Part shown: piece after piece, positions 36,001 through 49,391 of the stretch | Layout of the letters: every line of letters begins with the position of its first letter | How positions within the stretch are numbered: position 1 is the first letter of the stretch | Assembly: GCA_977017645.1 (NCBI GenBank) | Contig: OZ360226.1 | Span: forward strand, 41,168,001-41,232,000 | DNA: 64,000 nucleotides | Source of the DNA: Torpedo marmorata | Lineage: Eukaryota | Reading direction: 5' to 3' | Notes under the pieces: generated by a model | Seen by the model: only the letters and a program-made list of their open reading frames with translations | Told to the model about the DNA's origin: nothing | Database searches by the model: none | Program-made: the position numbers and the translations under genes

Positions 36001-38241
36001 CTGGTATTTCTGATGCTTATGCCACGACATCATCAAATACATTTTTTTTGTTTGACAGAAGAAATTGAATCAAAACCTTGATCTTTATGATCTGTCTTAT
36101 TAGAACTTAGTTTTAAGAATATTGTGTTGAAAATGGAAGCGACAAAGCAACATCACTGTGACATTCTCTTTATATTTAAAATTGCGATCACTGCTTCATC
36201 TGAGTTTTATCTGAACAAAACTGTCCACGATTTAGGGCAGGGGCAGGATTTCATCCCTTGCTTTATCTCTACTCTGGCCTGCAGTCTTGGGCACTTTGTC
36301 CAATAACTTTGCATTCATCGTAACAACATTTGGGCTTGACACTTCTGGTGGTATAACTGGTCTCAGAGTGATGGATCTGTGTAGGGAGAGTTTTTCCAGG
36401 ATTCTATGCATTCTAGAAATCTAAATCTGGTGATGGAAATACTCTCTGTTTCATTGACATAGGTGTTGGACAAACACATTCAAAGAAAAAACTATTTTGT
36501 GAATTCACAATCGTGCAATCAAGGTACAACCAACCTGCCAAGTTTGTGATGTTGCTTGCATGCAGGACACGTACATTGTGTATACTTTCAGTAGTAGTAT
36601 ATCAGCTACTGACTGTGTGGCATAGTGATGCTCCAAAATCCTTCTTTGTCCTTTCTGCTCCTTTATAAAGATTAGAGGTCTGCAGAGCTGTAGTTAGGAG
36701 ACACCATTCCTTTAAAACAATCTATCATTTATGTACTTTTGTATCCATCTTTTGCAATCAACTCTCAACAGTGCAGAGCATTGACATGATCATTCTATTA
36801 AAGTTTCCAACATGGTTAACAATACACAGTGGCCCAGTAAGTTGTCAATAGAATTCCTCTTACACAATAGCCACAGGGAACTATTCAGAGACGGTGCAAT
36901 TAGTTCAAATGATATAGATTATATTTCTCAATAACTGTTCTCTGAGCAATATTGACTTGGGGAAAAATGCATTTCCTTTTACTTATGGTATGAGTGCATG
37001 TCATCATTTGTTGTCCATCCCTAATTGTTTTGAGATGAACTGCAGTCCTTCTCATGAAGGTGCTCCCACTTTACTGTCAGGGAGGAATTCCCAGCATTCA
37101 GACTCAGCACGATGAAGAAATTTAAAAAAAAAAATTGGAGTATGATTTGAGAGGTAGCATCCCCATCCCATGTATGTTGTTTTGAGAGGGGTTGTTGAAG
37201 AAGACTTGGTGAGTTGCTACAGTGAGCAGAGAATATGAATGCCTGCAGTGGAGACTCATCTTCTAATCAAGTTTTGTCCTGAATAGTATTGAGTTTTATG
37301 ACTGTTGTCAATCTGTGCTCATCCACAAATGTTTTTGGACATGCATATGTTTCTACATATGTTTTATTGTGTAATTTCATCTAACATACTGTGGCCTGTC
37401 AAAGAAAAGCACTCACAATCTCACCATATTAAAAAGTAACAATATATCGAACAAACGGCAGCTAATAAAGGTAAAAGCAAATGGCCAAATATGATTCATT
37501 AATGGGACAAGAACATTTGTCATTATTTTGTTATTGAAAGCCTGTCTCAGAGTAACTTTTTGCCCCAGGTTATAGTTAGTTTAAATGATTTGTGTCCAAA
37601 AAGAAAAATTGAAAGCAGCTTCAAGGTCAGGAAAGTAGAGAGTGTTGAGGATGTTGTTGCTCTAGCTTTATTAAATATTGAACAGTGTGCAGGAGAAACT
37701 GTGCATCAATGGAAAGGTATCCTGAACAAACATGAAATTAACACAAGAAAGAGAAGTAGTTATGCAGGTCAGGACTGGTCAAAACCTTCACAGATTAACA
37801 ATGTCAATCATAAAATACTACTGGTTGGGAATATTCACAAAAAGCCTATCCCCAGGTTATAAACATCCTGACTTATAGATGTCTCTATGTACGAACAAAC
37901 TCTCATAGTACTGTATTATTACATTCATAAGTCCAATGTATGTACATACATTTGCTCTTGTGGATGTCAGAACCAGTTTTCTCTCTCTCTCCACTTTTAG
38001 TAGTTGTCCTTTCTTAATCAGCCTAATATTTTGTGATCTACTGTTTATAATACTGTGGAGGTATAGTTACCATGTCAAGTCATTTTGATGTACTTTCAGA
38101 CACAGACAAAATTGACAAGGGTGTCTGTAAAAACATAACTCATTTGTTACCTGGAACAGCCTATTGTATAATCTTGCTGGTTTAAAATTTTGTATTTTGA
38201 TTTATTTTAACTCTGGTTTCCAGGAGGTTTTTCGATCAAAT

Positions 38242-38574
38242 CAGTATTTCTGAACCTGTGGTCTGCGGACCACCAGTGGTCCATTCGTTCATTATAGGTG
38301 GTCCACAGAGACACGGTGAAGACAAACATTTCTGAAGTAATAAGGAAGTAAAACGTAAGGCAAGGTTGAAAATTTATGACAAAAAATACTAAAATTCTCA
38401 AGAAGTTTTCCCATCAAACAAACAAAAAAAAAATCCTGTTGGTGGTCTGGAAAGGGGTTCGAGTTTGTCAGCCCCTCCCCTCACTCGTGGTTCATACGTT
38501 AGTGATAGGTAGTCTGCACTAAGTAAAGGAGTGCTGAAGATGGTTTTGGGTGTAAAACAATTTGTGAACCACTG
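38242..38574. mobile_element. Old hAT-Charlie-like MITE
   Basis: Degenerate TIRs cagtatttctgaacc / tttgtgaaccactg; repeated gtggtc(c/t) subterminal motifs. Confidence 0.55.
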
Positions 38575-38711
38575 ATCGAGACAATTACAGAATGTATATT
38601 TTGGTTACGTGGCGACAGGATTGGCGTTTCATTCAAAATGGACTTAAAAAGCTCAAATGTTCTTCTGAGCATACATACAGTTCAAAGTAATGGTTTTAAG
38701 CTCAACATATT

Positions 38712-39095
38712 AACTGAAAATGCTCAGCAGGTCAAGCAGTATCATCAGAGGGAGAAACAGAGTTAATGCTTTAAGTTAATGATCCTTCATTGGAATCAGA
38801 GATTGTTGGTAGATGTAAGGAAGGGAAAGGAGAAGGTCAAAATAAGCAGGATTGTTTATGATAGTGTGCGAAGAAGGAGTGATAAAATGAGCAAGATGGA
38901 TGATTATGGAAGACAAACAAGTGGACAAGAAATACAAGGTAGTTCCAGAGGAGCTGCAATAGGAATAGTGAAAGCAGTTCACTCGACCAGATCAGCAGAG
39001 AAAGGTCTCTCACTTGAAAAGTTTACTCTGCTTCTCTGCTCACCAATTCCTCTTGACCTGTTGACTGTCTGCAGCATTTTTGTTTTTAATTCACA
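38712..39095. mobile_element. Old inverted Penelope-terminus derivative
   Basis: atgctcagcaggtcaag... at the left, mirror ...cttgacctgttgact..ctgcagcattt at the right, with a purine-rich UTR between. Confidence 0.55.
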
Positions 39096-39229
39096 TTGTT
39101 ACTGATTTTTCCCAAAGGAAGAATAATGGGAGTGGTGACAACTGGATGTTATTGAACTCAGTACTGCATCCGGAAGACTTAAAAATGCCCAATCAAAATT
39201 CACTGATTAAGTGCAATACATCAAGATTT

Positions 39230-39730
39230 ACATTGCTTTAGAGAGGGTGCAGAGCAGATTTACCGGGATGTTGCCTGGGTTGGAGAATGTGAATTATGAA
39301 GCAAGAATTACTTTTCTTTTCTCTTTGGAGGCTTTTCTCTTTGGAGCGACGTAGGATGAGAGGTGACTTAATGGAGGTATACAAGATTATGAGGGGTTTT
39401 ACAGGGTGTACTGCCATCACCTTTTTCCCCAGGTGATAATAGCAAATTCCAAAGGACATCTGTTCAGAGTGAGTGGAGATAGGTCAGAGGTTTTTTTTAT
39501 ATATACAGAGTGTGGTAGTTGCCTCGAATGCATTGCCAGGGGTGGTGGTGGAGGCTGGAACAATACTGACATTCAGAAGACTTTAGATAGGCACATGGAT
39601 GTAAAAAAAAAATAGAAGGTTATGGGTGTGAGGTCAGGAAGAGTTAGATTGTTGTGGAGTAGGTTTATATAGGTCATCATAACATCGTGGGCTGAAGGAC
39701 CTGTACTGTGTTGTAATGTCCTACGTTCTG
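39230..39730 (+). mobile_element. CR1 LINE 3' fragment
   Basis: LERVQSRFTGMLPGLE and FSLERRRMRGDLMEVYKI. Confidence 0.88.
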
Positions 39731-40559
39731 TGCTCCATAAAACCATTCAAAATTCCACTGTCATCTAGGATCAGACTTGCTGAGTGTCGAGAAACAAATG
39801 GAAAGACATGTTGCAGGGGCAGCACACGTGTAGCAATTGCTTCTATTGCACTTTATCCTATACTGAGTATCATTTTGATACTAGGTCCACACTTTGAGAG
39901 CAGGTCCTCTCAAGTTGGCTTAGAAAATCTATCCAATGTCTTTTTTTTAGTTATTTCTCACCTCAGGTAGCAGTGTAGTTACTAAAATCATCAACCTCCA
40001 GCTAAAAGAGGGAACTATTGAGTGTTACTGTCATTGCTCATTCAGCAAAACAAAGGATTTTATATTTAAATACCCATGAACAACTCTGCATGACTTACTT
40101 TATCTCCCTCTGAGCGAGAGAAAATATCAATGCTGAGATTACAGTGTCTGAATGAGGGGAATGAGCAGAACCCAAAGGCTACACAAAATTTTAAAAGGTA
40201 AAGGTAAAGGTTCCATTATTGTCATGTAATACTACATTTAGAATGTAACATACATGAAATTCTTTAAATTTTGTTTTGAAATAACTAAAAGCACTGAAGC
40301 TTATCTACAGTTGAGTGAAGCAGAAGTTGTTCATGTGTTGGGGAAAATGGCTGTGTGCTGGTATACCTTAGATTAAGCAGGAATCAGTCTAACTTAAGAT
40401 AGCAAGTGCTACATGGTGGGTTAGCAAAAGATATAAAGTTGTTTCCCAGCCTTGGGCTTTCCTCGAATTATATTTCAAGAATCAAAGGCTTTCTTCCAAA
40501 TCATGATCTTTCTTTGCATTATATTCAGATAAAATGCATTAGAAGTGTTATACATTACG

Positions 40560-41040
40560 AAAATAGGCCTTTTGACCCAACTTGTTTATGCCGACCAAAT
40601 TGTCTGCCTGAGCTTGTCTCATTTACCTGCATTTAGCCTGTATCACTCTCAGTCTTTCTGATCCATGTACCTGTCCAAATGTCTTTTAAACATTGTAATT
40701 GTACCCGCCTCTACCACTTGCTCTGGCAACCCATTCCACATATCTATCATCCTCTGAAAAAATTGCCCCTCAGGTCCCTTTAAGTCTTTCCGCTCTCACC
40801 TATGATTTTATAGACACCTATGCCCTTTGATTTTAGACTCGCTAACCCTGGGAAAAAGAGTGTGATCATTCACTTTATTTATGCCCCTCATGATTTTCTG
40901 TACCTCTGTAAAAAATTCATCCTTCATCCTGCTATGCTCTAGGGAAAGAAGCCTCGGCCTGTCCAATCTCTCCTTCTCATTCAAGCCCCTCCAGTCCGAA
41001 GGGCCTACTCCAGCTCCTATTGTCTATTGTCTATTGTCTA
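40560..41040 (-). mobile_element. CR1 LINE 3' fragment followed by a short opposite-strand CR1 tail (ctattgt)n
   Basis: Similarity to the other CR1 3' ends; ccgaagggcct...(ctattgt)3 at 40996-41040. Confidence 0.75.
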
Positions 41041-41041
41041 A

Positions 41042-42190
41042 AAATCATATATCTTTGGACAAAGCCATGTAGAATGTACAAAAGAACCTTCCTCTCTATT
41101 ACATCTAAAACATAAACCTGATAATGTCGGATTAAATTTCTTTAATTTCTTAGGTGTTAAATATAATTGATGTAAAAATTATATTGCACCAACCTATATC
41201 TAACATTAATAATCTTCGCCATTCTTTGTTTACATATTTCTTTCCAATGTTCCTCATCTATCTTTACATTCAAATCTGATTCCCATTTTAATTTTGATTT
41301 ATGAATTCCTAATTTAGGTATTTTCCTCTGTAACAATCTATACATTTGAGAAATAAATTTATTTACACCTCCATTAGTAACTAATAATTCCAATTCACTT
41401 TGTCTTGGTAAAGTCAAACTATAACACAACCTTTCAACTAAAAATGCTCTAATCTGATAATAAGCAAAAAGTGTATTATTTAATACATTAAACTTTTCTT
41501 TCATTCTTTGAAAAGTAATAAATTTACTAGCTTCAAAACAATCATTTATTTTTTTAATTCCTTTTTGGAACCAAATTTTAAACAATTGATTATCAATAGT
41601 AAATGGAATATTTATTTTGATATAAAGCCATTTTTCAAGAAATTAACCCTTTCCCTCCTATCTCCCTATCCACTTTATTCCATATTTCTAACAAATGTTT
41701 TAAAATAGGAGAGTTTTTACCTCCTCTTAATAGTAATTTAGAATTCCATTTATAAATAACTTCTTCTTTCAAATCTTCTATATTATTTAGTTCTATTCTA
41801 ATCCAAGCAGAAAATTTTCCTAAATCAAACATTTCATTAATAAATTTTAATTGAGCTGCTTTATAATAATTTTGAAAATTGGGAAGTTGTAAACCACCCA
41901 TTTCGTAATCCCAGGTTAATTTCTCCATACCTACTCTAGCCAACTTTCCTTTCCGCAAAAATTTCCTAATAATTAAATTTAAATCTTTAAAGAATTTTTG
42001 AGGAATTTCGTAAGGAATTTATCGTAAAAGATATTGAATTCTTGGAAAAACATTCACTTTAATACAATTTACCCTTCCTATTAAAGGTAAATCCTTCCAA
42101 CTTTCTAAATCTTTTTTTAATATTCATAAATAATGGTAAATAATTTAATTTATATAAATTAGCTAATTTTGTATCTGTTTTTATTCCCAG
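41042..42190 (-). mobile_element. L1-clade LINE ORF2 fragment, same family as 30356-32756
   Basis: ORFs 41635-41958 and 41157-41585 closely match the ORF at 30509-31036. Confidence 0.9.
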
Positions 42191-42722
42191 TGTCATGCTC
42201 TTTTTGAATGTTATTGAATCAGGTTGCACTGACCCTTCTGGCAGTTTGTTCCATTTAAAGCACACTGCATGAATTCTCTCTTCCTTTAACTACCATTTCT
42301 TCAACTTGTTACCTTAAATTTGTATTCTAGCTCTGACACATTTCCCCTGGAAACAGTTTCTCCTTTATTTTATCTTCATGACCTCGGGAAACTTTAATAA
42401 ATATTTCTGTGACCTTGTCTGCTCTAAGGAGAAGCTTCCCTGGATTCTCTCATTGTGTAACCTGTGACACAGTTGTTCAGTTCCAATTCAGAAAGTTCTG
42501 GGGACAATTTGCACTCTGGAAACTTGAAAGCAGCAGTCTAGGCTGGCACTGCAGTGCAATACAAACTGGATCTGCACTGTCAGAGATCCTGTCTTCCAAT
42601 TGAGATGTTATGCTAAGACCCCATTTGCTCTCCAGATGAACCTGGAAATATTATGAGAAGAGCAAGGTGGGTTCCCCTGACATTGTGGCCAATAACTAGT
42701 AATCAACATTGTAAATCACTTC

Positions 42723-42866
42723 GTAAAGTAAACACGAAAATCTGTAGACACCGTGGTAGAAGTAAAAAACACAAAAGCTGGAGAACTCAGCAGGTCAAAC
42801 AGTGTCTTTTATGTAGCAAAGGTAGAAATACATAACCGACGTTTCAGGCTTGAGCCCTTCATCAAA
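42723..42866 (-). mobile_element. 144-bp Penelope terminal fragment (hammerhead core + 3' end) with 12-bp TSD
   Basis: Minus strand reads ttTGATGAaGGGCtcaaGCCtGAAAcgtCggttatg...; gtaaatcacttc at 42711-42722 and 42867-42878. Confidence 0.9.
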
Positions 42867-44094
42867 GTAAATCACTTCATCTGGTTATTTAGCATTGTTC
42901 TATTTGCTTGTGAATGGCCTATCATATTTTATCAACAGTGAGTAGACTTAAGAAATTGGAGTAAAACTCTTTAACCTGATATGAAAGACAATAGAAAATA
43001 CAATATTTTCTATTTTATCTTCCTTGTAAACTTCTTTTAACCCTTTGTTACCTTTGTCATAAAATATAAAATGTTCCTAAGTCAATATGAGAGGTGTTAG
43101 TCAGCAAAACAACCTTAGAATCTCTTGGATGTAAGCAAAGCTTATAGATAATGTTGTTAAAGCACGGGAAGGCAGCAAATGTTATTCTGATAAAAACAGG
43201 GTCAAAAGTACAAGCCTGTTAACAAGCATTGCTACCTTGGCCAATATATGAATGTGTAATAGACCAGCCATCAACATTCATTGGAAGGGCTCACAAACTG
43301 CAGGAGTACTCAGCATGCCCTTAGAAGCTTTGAGGCCATGGCTGTCTTATCTACTGGATTTAAAAAAAAATATTTTATTTAAAAATCTACTGGATTTTTT
43401 GAGGACATCAGTGAATGGAGCTTATCGGAAGAATATAATTGCACTTGAATGCTTGGAAAACATCTTTGCAATTTCACATCCTGAATTTCAAAGAAGTTGG
43501 CAGCATGTGCTCTGAACACAAAAGTAGTAAACTGTAAATGTTGGCTTTTTAAAAAGGTGACTGTGACTGGAAGGCAATGTGAACTCTCTGCGGAGCATTG
43601 TCCGATGGGATTCTGAGCCAGACAGTCTTGCTCTCCCTTGTTCATATCATGTTGAGATTAGAAGGTGAAGGAATGCTTTAGATTGTTGCAAAATGCCTGG
43701 TGCTGTCTCCAACCTGGAGTATGGATTAAGAGAGGGATTAGAGGCATGTAACAAGATTTGTGCAAATTGATTTTATGGCAAGTAAATATACCTTAATTTA
43801 CTTTTTCTTAAGAAGTCATAAGCAAATATGGAAAATCAGCTAGATTTTGGTGGATCCGAGCTATATCTTAATGATCAAACTAACAACGTACTGATATGCT
43901 CCTCATAGACATGAGATCATTAAATGATGCAAATAATTTAAATATGTGTGGCTCACAATAAGACCACACTTAGAATATCCCATGCATCCTCTCTCTCAAA
44001 TAAAACTAAATTCAGAGATGAAGTTACCAATATTTGGAACTTAAGCTATGGCGCATGTCTTAAAGAATAGAACGTGCTTTTGTTCAAGAGGAAC

Positions 44095-44352
44095 GGGCGG
44101 CACGGTTAGCGTAGTGGTTAGCACAACGCCGTTACAGCGCCAGCGATCGGGACCGGGGTTCGAATCCTGCGCTGTTTGTAAGGAGTTTGTACGTTCTCCC
44201 CGTGTCTGCGTCGGTTTCCTCTGGGTGCTCTGGTTTCCTCCCACCGTTCAAAATGTACAGGGGTTGTAGGTTAATTGGGTGTAATTGGGCAGCAGGGGCA
44301 CGTGGGCCGAAAGGGCCTGTTACCATGCTGTATGTCTAAATTTAAATTTAAA
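44095..44352 (+). mobile_element. Young full-length tRNA-derived SINE
   Basis: A box tagcgtagtgg, B box ggttcgaatcc, V-SINE-like core, CR1-like 3' end, (aaattt)n tail; many CpGs retained. Confidence 0.92.
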
Positions 44353-44879
44353 AAAATTAAATATAAATTTTAATAAAATTTAAATTGAAAAATATTAAAA
44401 GGCATGATGACACAAGATTTTGGAAACAAAAGATACAAATGAAGCAGATGCCTGCAGGATATTTAAGCAATGAACTCCAAAGTATGAATGCATGCTGAAC
44501 AAGCTTTGAGTGATGGAAGAGATAGATTTTATTTTTCCAGACTATGGAATGTGTGGAATGGTCTTTGAGCAGAATTAACTGATGGTATTCTGTGAAAATA
44601 TTTTTAAAAAGAGAACTGAATAAACATATTGTTTACAATCCTGATGAAGGTCTGGATTGAAATTGATTTTTAAAGTTCTGTGCAGTGGAAGTGTTCATCA
44701 AACCTCGAAGCCAAGAACTCGCTAAAAGATGTAACTGATCAGAGTTGGAAGAGTGGGTTGCACAACTTTCATTCGTATTCTATAAATGTCCCCAATTGTG
44801 TGGGGAGTAGAATCACATACATAAAATCAATCCTCCTTTTTCCTGTGCAGTCCCTTGTGAATCAAGGATAACTTGCTTC

Positions 44880-45228
44880 CAGAGAAACACAAGAACTACA
44901 GAGGCTGGAATACTGAGTGAACAAAGAGAAACTGCAAGGACTCAGCAGGTCAGGCAGCATCCATGGGTAGAAATGGTCAATGTTTCAGATCGTGATCCTA
45001 TATTGAGATAAACTAGGCACGGGAGATAGCAAGTGCTTAAATGTTGGGGGAGGGGGAAAGCTGGGGAGCACCATGACGAGATAGGCTACTGGATAGGAGA
45101 GGTGGGTAGAGTTCGGGGGGGGATGTTCAGAGAGAAAAGTGAGAACTGGAGTAGGTAAAGAAGAGATGGAGACAGAGGAACAGCTTGGAGGTTGGGGTAA
45201 GTTAAGATTGGAAAAAATAATGTTCAAA
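44880..45228 (-). mobile_element. Old Penelope-like 3' fragment
   Basis: ctcagcaggtcaggcagcatccat..aatgtttcag terminus, purine-rich UTR, NIIFSNL-like C-terminus. Confidence 0.7.
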
Positions 45229-45369
45229 TAAGTGGACTTGCTTCCACTCTGGTTTTGTGAATTCTAAGGTGGCTGATGAGGTAATTGTAGGAACTAGACA
45301 CTCTTTCACAGATTGGGAAGAAGGCAACTGGTACAGTGGCAGGGCAGGTAATTTGGGTCATGGACAATG

Positions 45370-45800
45370 ATAGAACATAGAACATTACAGCGCAGTGCAG
45401 ACCCTTCGGCCCACAATATTGTGCTGACCTATGTAAAGATACTCCATGATCAATCTAACCCTTCCCTCCCTCACCCCATAACCCCCATTTTTCTTACATC
45501 CATGTGCCGATTCTAGAGTCTTTTAAAAGTCCCTATTGTATCAGTCTCAACCATTATCCCCAGCAGTGCATTCCAGCTACCCACCACTCTCTGTTAAAAA
45601 CCTACCCCTGACATCTCCCTAAACTTTCCTCCACTCACCTTAAACAGATGTCCTCTGGTATTGGCCATTGCCACCCTGGGAAAAAGATGCTGGCTGTTCA
45701 CTCTATCTTTGCTCTTCGTAATCTAATACACCTCTATTAAGTTGCCTTTCATCTCCGTTTCTCCAAAGAGAAAACCCTCAGCTCGCTCAACCTTTCCTCA
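45370..45800 (-). mobile_element. CR1 LINE 3' fragment
   Basis: tagaacatagaaca tail and CR1 C-terminal similarity. Confidence 0.8.
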
Positions 45801-46024
45801 AACAAATGGCTGTTAAGAAGAATCTCATTTCACAGAAAGGTTGTATCAGCAGATGACATGGACTTTGGGAAAGTGAAGGGTTGACAGTCAACTCTCGTCT
45901 AGATTTTCAAACTGTTATTGTTGTTTACAAGCTCCATTGCAGCCTCAGACCTCTCTCTGCTGAAAACTTCCTCCAGCCTTTCAAACTCGGGAGTCTCTCC
46001 ATTCATGTCATTCTGGGTCCTTGA

Positions 46025-46327
46025 CAGAGTCGGCATCAGAACAAGGCTAATCAGGGGGCATTAGGGTAACCGCGGGGGGGCACAAACTGACGTTCGAAAA
46101 CTCACTCAGCGGGGTGGGGGGTGGGGGGGCGGGTGCCATACCTGCCATGAACCTCCACCGTGTGCCGCCGTCACACTTCCCCCCTCCCTCCGACGTAACA
46201 TACAAACACGCGTGCGTGGAGACGAAGCCATTTGACGCTAGTGCTGCGGGTGGGTGGGGGGGCACAATAACTCATTTTGGGGGGGGGCATGGCACGCGAA
46301 TGCCCCTCCCCCATGACGCCGAGCCTG
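46025..46327. mobile_element. GC-rich hAT-superfamily MITE (303 bp)
   Basis: Imperfect TIRs cagagtcggcatca / tgacgccgagcctg; perfect 8-bp TSD gtccttga at 46017-46024 and 46328-46335. Confidence 0.88.
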
Positions 46328-46929
46328 GTCCTTGATCATTCCAGATTTAATTACTCTACCATTGGTACCAGCAGGCATTGGACAAAGCCTTCCATCTGAA
46401 ATCCCTCCCTGGACTTTTCCATCCCTTTGTAACTCCAAATGAAAAATGCCAGAGCCTTTAGTCACAGCTAATTTTCTGAGTGTGCTTATCACTGAGTTAA
46501 ATAGACTATAAAAAGTTTTAGTTTAATACCAGGCGAGTACTGGATTAATGATCTCCCATTGAATGAAGTTAGAAATTTGCTTCAATGCTTGGGGAGGGAG
46601 CAATATTTATCTGCCTCCCTGATTTTTCATGCAATCTTTGCTCCCTTCCATTGATTCCATCTACGACGCTGTGAGACACTGCAAGACCTATTGAGTTCCT
46701 CCACCATGTCTGTGTGCTTTTACTACAATCACAGCATCTCCGGACTTTCGTATTTCACTCCATCTACATCTCTCGCAGTCTTGGAAATGCAGCCATCATA
46801 ACTGATTGACCCATCACACCCTGGGTGCACACATTCCTTCTGTTGCTTAAGCAGGAATTCTGTGTGCTCCCAATGCATAGATTTTAGCTTCTCAATATCA
46901 TCCCAAATGCTCCTTCTCCATGTAGAGTG

Positions 46930-47275
46930 GTCATAGAGTTTTGTAGATTGGAAACATGCCATTCAGCCCAATTTATCCATGCCAATCAACTTGTTCACCC
47001 AAGTCAGACCTATTTGCCTGCATTTGGCCCATATCTCTGTGAAGCTTTCCTATCCATGTACCTCTCTGATTGTTTTTTAAATATTGTAATTGTGCCCACC
47101 TCTACTATTCTCTCTGGAAGCTGGTTTCACTTACCTATGCATCTCTTGTGTGAAAACGTTGCCCCTCAGGTCCCTTTTAAATCCTTTTTCTCTCACCCTA
47201 TATCTATACCTTCCAGTTATAGACCTCTCTACTCTGGTGAAAAGATTGACAATTTATCACATATATGCCTCCTTT
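46930..47275 (-). mobile_element. CR1 LINE 3' end
   Basis: Same family as 12010-12345 and 40560-41000. Confidence 0.7.
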
Positions 47276-47404
47276 TATACACTCAGTCAGTGAAGATGTT
47301 GCACTCTTACAAGAAGGCTTTAAGCACACCCTTGAATCTTTACTCTATCCCTCTTATCATCTCCTCCCACAGCAGCACTTAGAATAGAGCATTTGATTCA
47401 GGGG

Positions 47405-47592
47405 TCTCAAGTCAAGTCAAGTGAAGTCAAGTTTATTGTCATCTGATTGCACAGGTACAACCCAATGAAACAGTGTTCTCCAGTCCTCAGTAGACACACA
47501 ACAGACAAACAATACATATGCAGGAAAAGTTAATAAATAAATAAATAAATGTTGTTTCATGAATATGAGAGTCTCCGATGGTTAGTGTGAGC
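47405..47592 (-). mobile_element. Rex1-like LINE 3' tail fragment
   Basis: (caagt)n tail + tttattgtcat; similar to the 3' end at 27682. Confidence 0.65.
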
Positions 47593-47656
47593 AGGGTCTG
47601 ATACCAGGCATGTGAATGATATGGTTTGCCCATTATAGGGTCTCAATAAACTAGTA

Positions 47657-47875
47657 CAGGTATACCCCGCTTGACAAAACTAGAGCGTTCCTATGAAACC
47701 TTTCGTAAGTCAAAATGGAGTAAAGTGAAGACCCATTCACTACTATTGAAGGCTATTTTCATAAAAGCGAAAACCCATTCAAACCCCATTCAAATTTATT
47801 TTGGATAGCGAACACAGGTTTCTTCGTAAAAGCACATTTTTGTTAAGCAAGTATTAGTAAAACGGGATATACCTG
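47657..47875. mobile_element. Tc1/mariner (Tigger-like) MITE
   Basis: TIRs caggtataccccgcttgac / gtaaaacgggatatacctg flanked by TA on both sides. Confidence 0.88.
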
Positions 47876-49199
47876 TATACAATTGGCATTTGTGACTTCA
47901 GCTACCAACGTTCTTGCCTCTAGAATTCTGTCCCAAGATGAGAAGAATCCATTTCCAACTTCTGAACCCATGTATCATTCTCAAAGTGCATCTTTGGACT
48001 GATTACCTTCACCAGAATTTCCACTTTCTTCCATTGTCAACTTCTGCCTGATAACATCTCTGTGAAGAACCTTGGGATGTCCTTGCTATGTCCAAAGCAT
48101 TATGCAAACGCAGGTTGTTCTTGAATCTACCTGCATCCTTTACGAGATTGATGGTTTAGAAAAAAATAAATAGATCTGTGAATAGATTTGGTCTGGAATG
48201 ACAGAGGTTGGATGGTGTTGGGATGCATTTCCAATTTGAGGCTCGTTCTAATGGTAAAGAACACACGACAGTCACAAGCTCTAATTTCTTTAATCCTTGG
48301 GTATATCTCGCCTTTCGAGCAGGTGTGGAGAGATTTGGAGGAAACAATAGATGCTGTGAGGAATTTTCACAAAGCAGAACTTCTCAGAACTAGTTCCAGG
48401 ACAAAAATCAGATTGTTTTGGGGATGGATTCCTTCTCTCAGAGTCTCCTGAGACTTTGGAATTCTCCACCCCAATTGAAGCAGAATCATTCAATGTATTG
48501 AGAACCAATTTTTGAGGTGTCAGCGGTTATGGATATTGAATAGGAGAAGTTGTCTGAGAAGGCATTGTTACAGAGGTCATGTTATTTTGGAACATTTGAA
48601 AGTGATAAAGAACTGTTGTGCTGAGAAAGAACATCCACAACTGGTCCTCATTTCAAAAGAAACATGGATTTTGGAGGAAAGATGGAGACCAATTGTCAAA
48701 GCAGCCACAGAGTGCTTGATTACTGTTTTAGTAACCAGCCCCATACATAGGTGCATTAAATGGATTGCTTGCTTAAATTGTTGAAACAATGCTGTAAAAT
48801 TTATTGATTACTATCCTACGGAAAATTAAAAGTGTTTAGACGGCTCATTAAATAAATAATGAAGCTTTTACAGAAATTGTCCATTGAGCAATATCCTGCA
48901 AATGAGTGATTAAATTCCACATGAAAAGCAACACAGTGAGAATCCAGGATTCTCATTAAAGTGAAGGATGGCAATGCTCAGTTTGAACCACTCGAGATTA
49001 CACCCACATGTCAATTTATTGAAAAGAATGCTTGGTAACCTTAATGAAAGTGTGCAATAAATAACGGGCTGTGGTTATTTTACTGCAGCATTTGAATGTT
49101 TTATTTTAGTGAATACAGAACAGAATAGACCAGTGGATGGGGATAGGCATGAAGAGCACAGAAGTAGCAAAAGATGCAGGTGTTCAAAGCTTCAATGTA

Positions 49200-49375
49200 G
49201 ACTCGTGAAATACAAGTAATTGCAGATGTTGGAATCCTGAGCAAACAAAGAGAAGCTGGGGTGGCAGTAGATCAGGCAGCATCCATGGGTAGAAATGGAC
49301 AATGTTTCAGGTGGAGACCCTTCCTCGAGACCCAAAACATTGTTTGTTCGATGTTGACCCACCTTTTCTATCCAC
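49200..49375 (-). mobile_element. Penelope-terminus relic with degenerate hammerhead
   Basis: Minus strand reads ctcgaggaaGGGTctccACCtGAAAcattg...ggatgctgcctga. Confidence 0.6.
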
Positions 49376-49391
49376 AAATTCCAAACATATT

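Noticed and set aside
44095-44170. tRNA gene (also 55442 and 58878)
   Set aside because: A/B boxes are followed by a SINE body and tail in multiple dispersed copies; no full cloverleaf.
44635-44670. ctgatga..gaaa hammerhead-like string
   Set aside because: Helix II is weak, there is no palindromic helix III or convincing cleavage triplet, and no PLE terminus follows.
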